DNA from: Deltaproteobacteria bacterium
GTDB lineage: Bacteria > Desulfobacterota > Binatia > Binatales > Binataceae
Assembly (NCBI GenBank): GCA_021817345.1
Contig: JAKAVC010000099.1
Location: forward strand, 18,338-82,337
Reading direction: 5' to 3'
DNA length: 64,000 nt
Made by a program: the position numbers and the translations under genes. Shown piece by piece: positions 56,878-64,000 of the stretch. Below the pieces are notes generated by a model. That model was not told where the DNA came from. It was given only the letters and a program-made list of their open reading frames with translations, and searched no databases. Each line of letters starts with the position of its first letter. The first letter of the stretch is position 1.

Positions 56878-58254
56878 TCAGCCGCCCGCCGAGAACGTAG
56901 TCAGCTGTTCCTCCGGTGGATAGATGTTGCGGAAGAACATCCAGTACAGCAGGGTGTTCAACGCCTGCATCGCGGCGGCAAACTCGAGCGGCAGCCCGAG
57001 CGCGAAATTCTGCATGAAGTAGCCCGCCAGATACGGGCCGACCGCCGAGGTCACCTGCGAGGGAAAACTCGCCAGGCCCGCGGCGCTCGCGCGCTCGGAC
57101 GGATCGATCACCCCCATCAGGTACGACTGCCGCACCGGAATCGACAGCACATTGAAAATCATCCGCAGCGTGTAAACCGCCGCAGCGAGCAGAAACGTCG
57201 GCATCAGGACCACGGCGAAAAGCAGCACGGTTGCGATCGCCCGGGTTATCACCACGCTTCGCACCGAGCCGAACGCGAGCGCGATCCGGCCGGCCAACAG
57301 GTAGGGGATCGCGCTCACCAGGTTGAGCACGAAGAACAACTCCGCCAGCTCGGTCGAGGTCACGCCGAAGCGCCGATAGAACCAGTACACGACGAACGGA
57401 CCCAGCATCCCGATTGCCGCTCCGTTGGTCGCGTTGGTCACCATGAAGCGCCATATCAGGCTCCACGAGCGATCGGAGATGCCGAACAGGCGCCGTTCGG
57501 GCCGCGGTTCCGCCCCGCGTGCCGGCGGATCGATCGCGGCTTGCGTCACGCGATTGGCGCGGACGGTCGCGGAATGAAGCTCGCGCACCGGAAGAACCGC
57601 GAGCGCCATCGCGATACCGAACGGCCCCGTCAACAGGAACAGAGCCCGGTATCCGTCGAGCACCGGAATGGCAAACAGATGCTGGAAAAGATGCGGCATC
57701 GCCGCGAGCAGCGATCCGATCGCGGCCGAAGTGACGCCAACGAACGCGAGCGCGCCGAAGACCGTGGTGCGGCGCTCGTCGCTCGCCTGCTCGGCGATCA
57801 GCGCCTGGGCGGCCGGATAGAATGGACCCCAGGCCGCGCCGCCCAGCGCGCCACCGCGCCCGATCGAGCCCAGCGCTCCCGCCAGCACGATGAGGACGAA
57901 ACTCCGGGTCAGCGCGAACATCACGCCCCCCGCGCCCATCATCAGCGAGATCAGGATGAGAAAGGTCTTGCGCCCGAACCGATCAGCGAGAATTCCGATT
58001 GCGCCGGAAATCATCGCGCTCACCACGGCCGCCACCGCGAACAGGATCCCAAGATGGATCGCGTCGTATCCGAGCATCGCGATGTAAAGCGGCGTGATGA
58101 TCCCGAGAAAGCCCTGGGCGAAGCTCCGCAGCACGCGGAGCACGAACAGCCAGAACAGATCGCGGTTCAGCCAATCGAAGCCCAGAAGCCCTCCCGGCGC
58201 GCGTGACGCGGACCCGGCGGCGATGTCAGTTGCCCGTTCCTGCGTAAGCTTCAT
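56878..58254 (-). CDS. MFS transporter (12 TM)
   Basis: The MFS signature is DRFGRK. The start was chosen at MKLTQERA (ATG 58254) with an AAGGGGG RBS. Confidence 0.8.
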   Translation of the reverse strand: MKLTQERATDIAAGSASRAPGGLLGFDWLNRDLFWLFVLRVLRSFAQGFLGIITPLYIAMLGYDAIHLGILFAVAAVVSAMISGAIGILADRFGRKTFLILISLMMGAGGVMFALTRSFVLIVLAGALGSIGRGGALGGAAWGPFYPAAQALIAEQASDERRTTVFGALAFVGVTSAAIGSLLAAMPHLFQHLFAIPVLDGYRALFLLTGPFGIAMALAVLPVRELHSATVRANRVTQAAIDPPARGAEPRPERRLFGISDRSWSLIWRFMVTNATNGAAIGMLGPFVVYWFYRRFGVTSTELAELFFVLNLVSAIPYLLAGRIALAFGSVRSVVITRAIATVLLFAVVLMPTFLLAAAVYTLRMIFNVLSIPVRQSYLMGVIDPSERASAAGLASFPSQVTSAVGPYLAGYFMQNFALGLPLEFAAAMQALNTLLYWMFFRNIYPPEEQLTTFSAGG

Positions 58255-58320
58255 CCCCCTTGCTCGCACGCCACATCGCGTGTGAGGCTGCGCGGCCTGC
58301 CCGCGGAAGCCTCCAGCATA

Positions 58321-59913
58321 TCATTCGGTTTCGTGCTCGGAATCCGCGACGTAGCCCTGCGCGGGGAGCAGGAAAAGAAGCGGCAGCAGAAGCAAAAACA
58401 TTGGAACCACGGTAAAGAACGCGTCGTTGTACGCAAGCATCGTGGCATGGCGGTTGATCGTGTCGTTGAGCATCATCAGGCTTCGCCCTTTGAACCCGGC
58501 CGAATCAAGGCTCTGGCTTATCGTGCTCCTGGCGCCACTCTGGGCCTCGCGAAAGAGCGGATTCAGCGGTGAAGCGTAGTCGACCAGAACCGAGCGATGG
58601 TACTGCTCGCGCCGCGCAACCACGGTCGCAAGCACGGCGTAGGCCACGTTTCCCGCTTCGCGCCGGGCAAGAGTGTAGAGACTTGAGGCTCCGGTCATCG
58701 AGGGCCGAGGCACCGTGCTCAGCGAGACGGTCGCCAGCGTGACCATCGACGCGCCCATCCCGATTCCCGACATTATGAGGATGGGCGTGAAGTTCAAGAA
58801 ACCGACTTCGAGCGAGAAGTGGCATAGCTTCCAGTATGCGACCGCCAGCAGAACGACCCCACCGCCGACCAGAACCCGCGGACTCACGTAATTGTACGAG
58901 CGTCCGACTATCGGCATCGCGAACATCATCGCGAGCGCCCGTGGCATCAGCACCAGCCCCGCCCGGTAGGCCGGATAGCCCAGCAGGTCCTGCGTGAACT
59001 GAGGCAGAAGGAAGCTTCCGCCATATAGAGCGAAACCAACCACGGCTCCGAGGCTGCATCCAACGGCGAGCTGGCCATTGCGAAGCAGCCGGAGGTCGAC
59101 AATCGGTTCGTCATTGCGCAGTTCCCATATCACCAGCGCGGTCAGCGCCAGGGCAGCGACCACGGTGCCCATAACGATCCAGTTGTTGGCGAACCAATCG
59201 ACCTCCTCGCCGCGTTCGAGCACCACCTGCACGGCGGTCAGCCCGATCGTCATCAGGGTGATTCCGCCCCAGTCGATCCGGGTCACGCCGCGCTTCAGAT
59301 AGGGCGGATCGTGGACGAACGCGCTCACCATCATGATGCCCGCGATACAGAACGGCACGTTGATATAGAAGACCCATCGCCAGCCGTAATGATCGACGAG
59401 CCATCCGCCAATCACCGGGCCGATCGCGGGAGCAAGCACCACCCCCATGCTGTAGATCGCCATTGCCATCCCCTGCTCCGAGGGCGGGAACGTCTCGCGC
59501 GCTATCGCTTGCGAGCAGGGAATCAGGCTGCCGCCGCCGACCCCCTGTATCACCCGGTAGAAAATCAACTGGCCGAAGGTCCGCGACGTCCCGGCAAGCA
59601 CCGAGCCGACGATGAACAGCATCATCGAGAACAGGAACAGCCGCTTGCGTCCGAGCAAAGCCGTGAACCACGCGGCCATCGTGACCATGATTATCTCGGC
59701 GATACTGTAGGCGGTCGAAACCCAGGTGATCGTGAGCAGATCCTCGCCGAGCGATCCCATCATGTGCGGCATCGCGACATTGACCACTGTCGCGTCCATC
59801 ACGGACAGGAACGTGCCGAGCATCACCGAACCCGCAACCAGCCATTTGCCGGCCTGCGACGGCTCGTATGCCACCGACGAATTTGCTCCGACAGAAGACG
59901 CTGCGCCTGCCAT
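58321..59913 (-). CDS. MFS transporter, DHA2 (EmrB/QacA, 14 TM) family
   Basis: LSVMDATVVNVAMPHM and LLGRKRLF are present, with about 14 predicted TM. The start is at MAGAASS (ATG 59913) with a GGGGAG RBS. Confidence 0.8.
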   Translation of the reverse strand: MAGAASSVGANSSVAYEPSQAGKWLVAGSVMLGTFLSVMDATVVNVAMPHMMGSLGEDLLTITWVSTAYSIAEIIMVTMAAWFTALLGRKRLFLFSMMLFIVGSVLAGTSRTFGQLIFYRVIQGVGGGSLIPCSQAIARETFPPSEQGMAMAIYSMGVVLAPAIGPVIGGWLVDHYGWRWVFYINVPFCIAGIMMVSAFVHDPPYLKRGVTRIDWGGITLMTIGLTAVQVVLERGEEVDWFANNWIVMGTVVAALALTALVIWELRNDEPIVDLRLLRNGQLAVGCSLGAVVGFALYGGSFLLPQFTQDLLGYPAYRAGLVLMPRALAMMFAMPIVGRSYNYVSPRVLVGGGVVLLAVAYWKLCHFSLEVGFLNFTPILIMSGIGMGASMVTLATVSLSTVPRPSMTGASSLYTLARREAGNVAYAVLATVVARREQYHRSVLVDYASPLNPLFREAQSGARSTISQSLDSAGFKGRSLMMLNDTINRHATMLAYNDAFFTVVPMFLLLLPLLFLLPAQGYVADSEHETE

Positions 59914-60265
59914 CTCCCCAGCCCGATTCACGGAGATAAAACATCCTAACAGTCCCGGCGCAAGGCCGCGTAACCGCATCGCCTAATTGTAAAACCGACG
60001 GACGTGCGCGCGCGGCGGCACCCGGGCTCGCCGGCCACACCCCCCGCCGCAGGGAAAGCTCGAAGTCCCGAGGGCTCAAGCGAAATCATTTCCCGGCTCC
60101 AGGGTCAGATATGCCGACTCGCCGACGGAAGCCTATAACGGTCCGCGTCGCACGCGCCGGGCGAATCGGCGACCCGCCGGCTTTCCGATTGGGAAAAGAA
60201 TCAGGACCGCGGTGCCGTAGAATCGTTCGGCACCTCCGGCCAATCAACGCGCGCGTGAGACGCGA

Positions 60266-61084
60266 TTATTTTTTCGCGAACGGCCGATCGCGCTCGCTTA
60301 GCGCGCTCTTCAGCCCACGCTCGCGGCTCGCCTTCATCCAGTTGCGCACCGTGTCCGTCTGATGGGCGAGCGCGTCGATATCGGCCGACGACTGCTCGGC
60401 CGCGCGGATTCCAAGGATGTCGTAATAGCGGTTCACCGCCGCCTTATGCAGCATCAGCAGTTCCGCCGGCACCATCGCGACCCGCCGCGCATAGTTGAGC
60501 GTTTCCTCCTCAAGCTTGTCCTTGGGGTAAACGCGGTTGACGAGATGCCATTCGAGCGCTTCCGCGGCGCTCATATAATCGCCGGTGAAGAAGTACTCCT
60601 TGGTTTTGCGCGGACCCATCAGGACGGGCCACATCGAAAGCGTAGGCAAAATTCCGAGCGCGCGCCCCGCCGGATGGCCGAACTGGGCGTCCTCGCTGGC
60701 GAAGACGATATCGCAATGGCCTACCAGTTCGGTCGCGCCGGCCAGGCAGAATCCGTGGACCTGCGCGATGGTCGGCTTGTTCAGCGACCACAGCCGCTGC
60801 CAGCGCTCGATCGTCTTGTGCAGAGTGATACGGTCGTTGGTGACGGTGAAGGTTGACCCGGGATGCTGCGTGCCCTGAAGGTCGTAGCCGGCGGAAAAAG
60901 CGCGCCCGGCGCCGCGGATGATCAGCACGCTCGCCTCGGGATTGCCCTCGAACTCGTCCATCACGCCCTCGAACTCCTTGAGCAGCTTTTGAGAGAGGGC
61001 ATTGAGCTTCTCGGGGCGGTTGAGCGTGACCCGGAATATCCTGTCTTCGACCTGTTCGTAAATCAGCGTTTCGTAATCTGCCAT
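60266..61084 (-). CDS. Enoyl-CoA hydratase/isomerase (crotonase) family
   Basis: FRVTLNRPEKLNALS...ASVLIIRGAGRAFSAGYDL. Confidence 0.85.
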   Translation of the reverse strand: MADYETLIYEQVEDRIFRVTLNRPEKLNALSQKLLKEFEGVMDEFEGNPEASVLIIRGAGRAFSAGYDLQGTQHPGSTFTVTNDRITLHKTIERWQRLWSLNKPTIAQVHGFCLAGATELVGHCDIVFASEDAQFGHPAGRALGILPTLSMWPVLMGPRKTKEYFFTGDYMSAAEALEWHLVNRVYPKDKLEEETLNYARRVAMVPAELLMLHKAAVNRYYDILGIRAAEQSSADIDALAHQTDTVRNWMKASRERGLKSALSERDRPFAKK

Positions 61085-61102
61085 CGTAGTGCGACTCCGG
61101 AC

Positions 61103-61990
61103 CTATCTGAGGGTTTTGAGAAACTCTGTCGCGACGTGCGCCGCTTCCAGGGGCGCTTCCCAGAAAAACATATGACCGGCGTCTTTGATCGTATGGACTC
61201 TCGCGCCCGGAATTCCCTGGGCAAGAATCCGCGCGTTCTGATACGGAACGATCGCGTCGTCGTCGCCGTGGATTATCAGCGTCGGCGCCTTGATCTCGGA
61301 AAGCCGCGCATAAGTGTCGAATCCCTGTATTGCCGCGCCCTGGCGGGCAAATGTATGCAGCGGTGTTGCTGGGTATTTGCTCATGTCGGCAATCGCCTGG
61401 TCGAGAACCTGCCTGCCGCGCTCCGAGTTGAGGAACGCCTTGCCGCATGCGGCCGAGAATGCGCGCCGAGCCTGTTCCTCGGGTGTTGCACCGGGCAGCG
61501 GCATCAGGTTCGCCAGCACTTCGGGCGCCGCCTGCACGGAATGGCTCGCGCCACAATTGGTGCATCCCAGCACCAGGCCTCGCACCCGGCCGGGATACGC
61601 GAGCGCAAGCTCTTGCGCGATCATCCCGCCCATCGAGATGCCGTAGGCATGCGCTCGGGCAATCTTCGCGTGATCGAGCACCGATACGACGTCGCCCGCC
61701 ATGTCGGCGAGCGTCCACGGCCGGTCGGGCTTGTCGCTTTCGCCCGTGCCGCGGTTGTCGATCACGACAAGGCTGAAGTTGCGCTCGAGCGCCTGCAGGA
61801 ATGGCTCGCCCCAGGAGCGTCCCGAGCCGCTAAAACCCATGATGAGGGCAAGCGGGTCGCCACGACCGCGAATTTCGTAGCGGATTTTGAGCCCGTCACA
61901 GGTTTGCGCGTACTCTCTGATGGCCACGGCTATATCTTCTCCCCCAGGATATTTGCCCCTTGGGAGGGTGTTGAGAAAAGCGGAAAGCAC
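61103..61990 (-). CDS. Alpha/beta-hydrolase fold enzyme
   Basis: LALIMGFSGSGRSW, a nucleophile elbow HAYGISMGG, and a C-terminal IKDAGHMFFWE are present. The GTG start at 61990 is from the ORF track. Confidence 0.75.
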   Translation of the reverse strand: MLSAFLNTLPRGKYPGGEDIAVAIREYAQTCDGLKIRYEIRGRGDPLALIMGFSGSGRSWGEPFLQALERNFSLVVIDNRGTGESDKPDRPWTLADMAGDVVSVLDHAKIARAHAYGISMGGMIAQELALAYPGRVRGLVLGCTNCGASHSVQAAPEVLANLMPLPGATPEEQARRAFSAACGKAFLNSERGRQVLDQAIADMSKYPATPLHTFARQGAAIQGFDTYARLSEIKAPTLIIHGDDDAIVPYQNARILAQGIPGARVHTIKDAGHMFFWEAPLEAAHVATEFLKTLR

Positions 61991-62021
61991 AATCGGAATG
62001 GAATCATCGTCTCAACACCCT
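61966..62021. repeat. 11-bp perfect inverted repeat GGGTGTTGAGA / TCTCAACACCC (34-nt spacer), plus a third TTTCTCAACAG half-site at 62099
   Basis: Direct reading of the sequence. It overlaps the hydrolase start codon and lies just downstream of an IS630-family remnant. Confidence 0.45.
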
Positions 62022-62173
62022 GCGTAAAAAATCGCTTCTTTTCCCAATCTTCTCCCCCGGTCTTCTGCGGAGGAGACAAGAGAGGGAACAGGCTGTGATT
62101 TCTCAACAGCCGGCCCGTGTTGTGTCCCATTAATATCCGGCGCGGATCCCGAACTGGTGCGCAAAATCGACCG

Positions 62174-62351
62174 CTACGTCACCCAACACTCGACCCGGCT
62201 GAGCCATTCGGCGTAAGTCGGATGTAGTGAATGTAAAAGCGCGGGTGGCGGGCCGGCCAGGCTTTCACCCACGGGTGTTTGTGGGTGGCGTAGTCGTCCG
62301 CAATCAGATGAACCGCGGGTCCGGCCGGAATGCTGTGGTCGAGGTACAACA
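62174..62351 (-). pseudogene. IS630/Tc1-family DDE transposase C-terminal fragment, frameshifted
   Basis: The minus-strand translation gives ...LIADDYATHKHPWVKAWPARHPRFYIHYIRLTP. After a +1 frame shift it continues TYAEWLSRVECW (compare the family consensus DNYSTHKHPKVKAWLARHPRFHFHFTPTSASWLNQVE). The N-terminal two-thirds are missing. Confidence 0.5.
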
Positions 62352-63542
62352 CTAGCCCTTGGGAAGTCCCAGCACGCGCTCGCCGATGATGTTGTGCTGG
62401 ATCTCGCTGGTGCCGCCAGCGATAGTCAGCGCCCGTGACGCGAGCATCCGGTAGCTCCACTTCCCGCGATCGATCGCGAACGGAGCCTGATACTGGAACT
62501 GGCTATACGGTCCGAGCAACTCCATCGCGAACTTGTTCATCCTGAGGTTGAGTTCGCTGGTGCAGAGTTTCAGCACCGAGCCTTCGGGTCCGGGGGGCAA
62601 TCCCTTGAGGCGGCGGGTTATCTGGCGGTAGCCAGTGTACTTGATAGCCTGCGCCTCGCATTCGAACTGCGCGATCTTCTGCCGCACGTCGGCATCCTCC
62701 CACGCGCTCCGGCCGTCGCGCCGGACGCTTTGGGCGAGCTGCCTCAGTTCCTTCACCTGCCCGCTCAGGTCGCGGCCGCCGCCGATACCGGAACGCTCGA
62801 ACATCAGCGTGGTGATTGCGACCTGCCATCCCTGGTTCTTTTCGCCAACCAGGTTCTTCTTCGGCACCTTGACGTCCTCGAAGAACACCTCGTTGAAATT
62901 GGCATCGCCAGTAATCTGCACGAGCGGGCGCACGGTGACGCCGGGGCTGTGCATGTCGACCAGGATATAGCTGATACCCTTGTGCTTGGGCGCGTCGGGG
63001 TCGGTGCGCACGAGCAGGATGCACCAGTCGGCGTGATGGGCATCGGAGGTCCATACTTTCTGGCCGTTGACGATGAAGTAATCGCCTTCCTCGACCGCGC
63101 GGGTCTGCAGCGAAGCAACGTCCGAGCCCGAACCGGGTTCCGAATAGCCCTGGCACCAGATCTCCTCGGCGGAGAGGATCTTCGGAACGTAGCGCTTTTT
63201 CTGTTCCTCGGTTCCCCAATGCATCAGCGTCGGACCGACGAGCATGATTCCGAGCCCGTTGACGAGCTGTGGAGCGTTAACCTTTGCAAGCTCCTGCTGG
63301 TAGATGAGCTGTTGCGTCAGGCTCGCGCCGCGGCCACCGTACTCCTTGGGCCAGCTAATCCCGACCCATCCCGCGGCGTGCATCTTCTTGTGCCATTCAA
63401 GGCGCCGCCTCCAATCGCCGCTTCCTTCCTCGTGCATGAAGTCGACGTTGGGTTCCTGATTGCCCTTGGGCAGGTTCGCCGCAAGCCAACTGCTGAATTC
63501 CCGGCGAAACGCCTCATCCTCAGGGCTGAACCTGAAATCCAT
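62352..63542 (-). CDS. Acyl-CoA dehydrogenase
   Basis: The start is MDFRFSPEDEAFRREF (ATG 63542, RBS GGGAGAAGAG). YSEPGSGSDVASL is present, and the C-terminus is IGERVLGLPKG. Confidence 0.85.
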   Translation of the reverse strand: MDFRFSPEDEAFRREFSSWLAANLPKGNQEPNVDFMHEEGSGDWRRRLEWHKKMHAAGWVGISWPKEYGGRGASLTQQLIYQQELAKVNAPQLVNGLGIMLVGPTLMHWGTEEQKKRYVPKILSAEEIWCQGYSEPGSGSDVASLQTRAVEEGDYFIVNGQKVWTSDAHHADWCILLVRTDPDAPKHKGISYILVDMHSPGVTVRPLVQITGDANFNEVFFEDVKVPKKNLVGEKNQGWQVAITTLMFERSGIGGGRDLSGQVKELRQLAQSVRRDGRSAWEDADVRQKIAQFECEAQAIKYTGYRQITRRLKGLPPGPEGSVLKLCTSELNLRMNKFAMELLGPYSQFQYQAPFAIDRGKWSYRMLASRALTIAGGTSEIQHNIIGERVLGLPKG

Positions 63543-63730
63543 GTGCTCTTCTCCCGTGTCGAAGGCGCGTTTTCCCGTCACGAACGTCCGTCGCGGCGCT
63601 TCGGCATCACGCGCCCGAGTCGCGTATGCGATAGAGCGCCATAATCGTGCTCCGACGGCCCGTTGCCTAACGCATGTTATATAGACTTGCCCGTTTGATC
63701 CGCGCAAGAACCGGAACGCGCGTTCGCACT

Positions 63731-64000
63731 CTATCCCTTGGGCAGGCCGAGCACCCGTTCGCCGATGATATTGTGCTGGATCTGGTTGGTGCCGCCGTAG
63801 ATCGTCGGCGCGCGCGACGCGAGCATCCGGAAGCTCCATTTGCCGCGATCGATCGCGAACGGCGCGTCGGTTTCGAGCGGCGCGTACGGCCCGAGCAGCT
63901 CCATCGCGAACATCGCGACCTTGAGATTAAGCTCGGTGCCGGCCAGCTTCATCATCGAGCCTTCCGGTCCGGGCGGGAGTCCCTTCAACTGGCGCGTCAA
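63731..64000 (-). CDS. Acyl-CoA dehydrogenase paralog (C-terminal 89 aa only; gene continues beyond window)
   Basis: The C-terminus is near-identical to the neighbouring ACAD (..KGLPPGPEGS..ELNL..FAMELLGPY..APFAIDRGKWS.RMLASRA.TI.GGT..IQHNIIGERVLGLPKG). It is also conserved at nucleotide level. Confidence 0.7.
   Translation of the reverse strand: MTRQLKGLPPGPEGSMMKLAGTELNLKVAMFAMELLGPYAPLETDAPFAIDRGKWSFRMLASRAPTIYGGTNQIQHNIIGERVLGLPKG

Noticed and set aside
62179-62460. 93-aa ORF beginning MELPDARV..., reported twice (also at the start of 62352-63839)
   Set aside because: The N-terminal MELPDAR part is an out-of-frame reading of the conserved 3' end of the two ACAD paralogs. Only the C-terminal portion is meaningful, and I called it an IS630 transposase fragment instead.
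1-64000. CRISPR arrays, tRNA or rRNA genes
   Set aside because: I saw no regularly spaced direct repeats, no cloverleaf-compatible 70-90 nt segments in intergenic regions, and no rRNA-like conserved stretches. Intergenic space is small except for the two 1-kb gaps discussed above.

Overview
This is a 64 kb high-GC (about 65-67%) bacterial chromosomal window that is densely coding on both strands and looks Gram-negative (lipoprotein lipoboxes, RND efflux pump, TatA/TatC). I found no rRNA, tRNA or CRISPR array. The provided ORF track reports GTG/TTG starts as M (for example TTG at 3777 and GTG at 61990), and many long antisense ORFs in it are high-GC artefacts. The conserved core is a 10-gene minus-strand housekeeping operon (mutL-miaA-accA-pheA-hisC-tyrA-cmk-rpsA-ihfB-HIT) plus rpmB. 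Around it sit accessory and catabolic genes: GH29 fucosidase, GH15 glucoamylase, HDAC-like amidohydrolase, amidohydrolase-2, two TPP enzymes, acyl-CoA synthetase, tandem acyl-CoA dehydrogenases, and RND/MFS transporters. The points most worth follow-up are these: (1) a tatA-tatC unit was tandemly duplicated, leaving two tatC paralogs about 85% identical and a vestigial tatA start between them; (2) a DUF4911-like gene sits divergent from two translationally coupled half-size ArsA/Get3-like ATPases; (3) a radical-SAM/SPASM enzyme with an N-terminal PqqD/RRE-like extension lies beside an unexplained 1 kb low-coding gap, an O-methyltransferase and an MBL hydrolase, which may be a RiPP-like locus with no precursor yet identified; (4) a ChlI/BchI-family AAA+ protein with degenerate Walker motifs is paired with a coiled-coil VWA protein, resembling a split ChlD; (5) a palindromic repeat element sits between convergent genes; (6) a frameshifted IS630-family transposase fragment and nearby inverted repeats lie next to the tandem ACAD paralogs.
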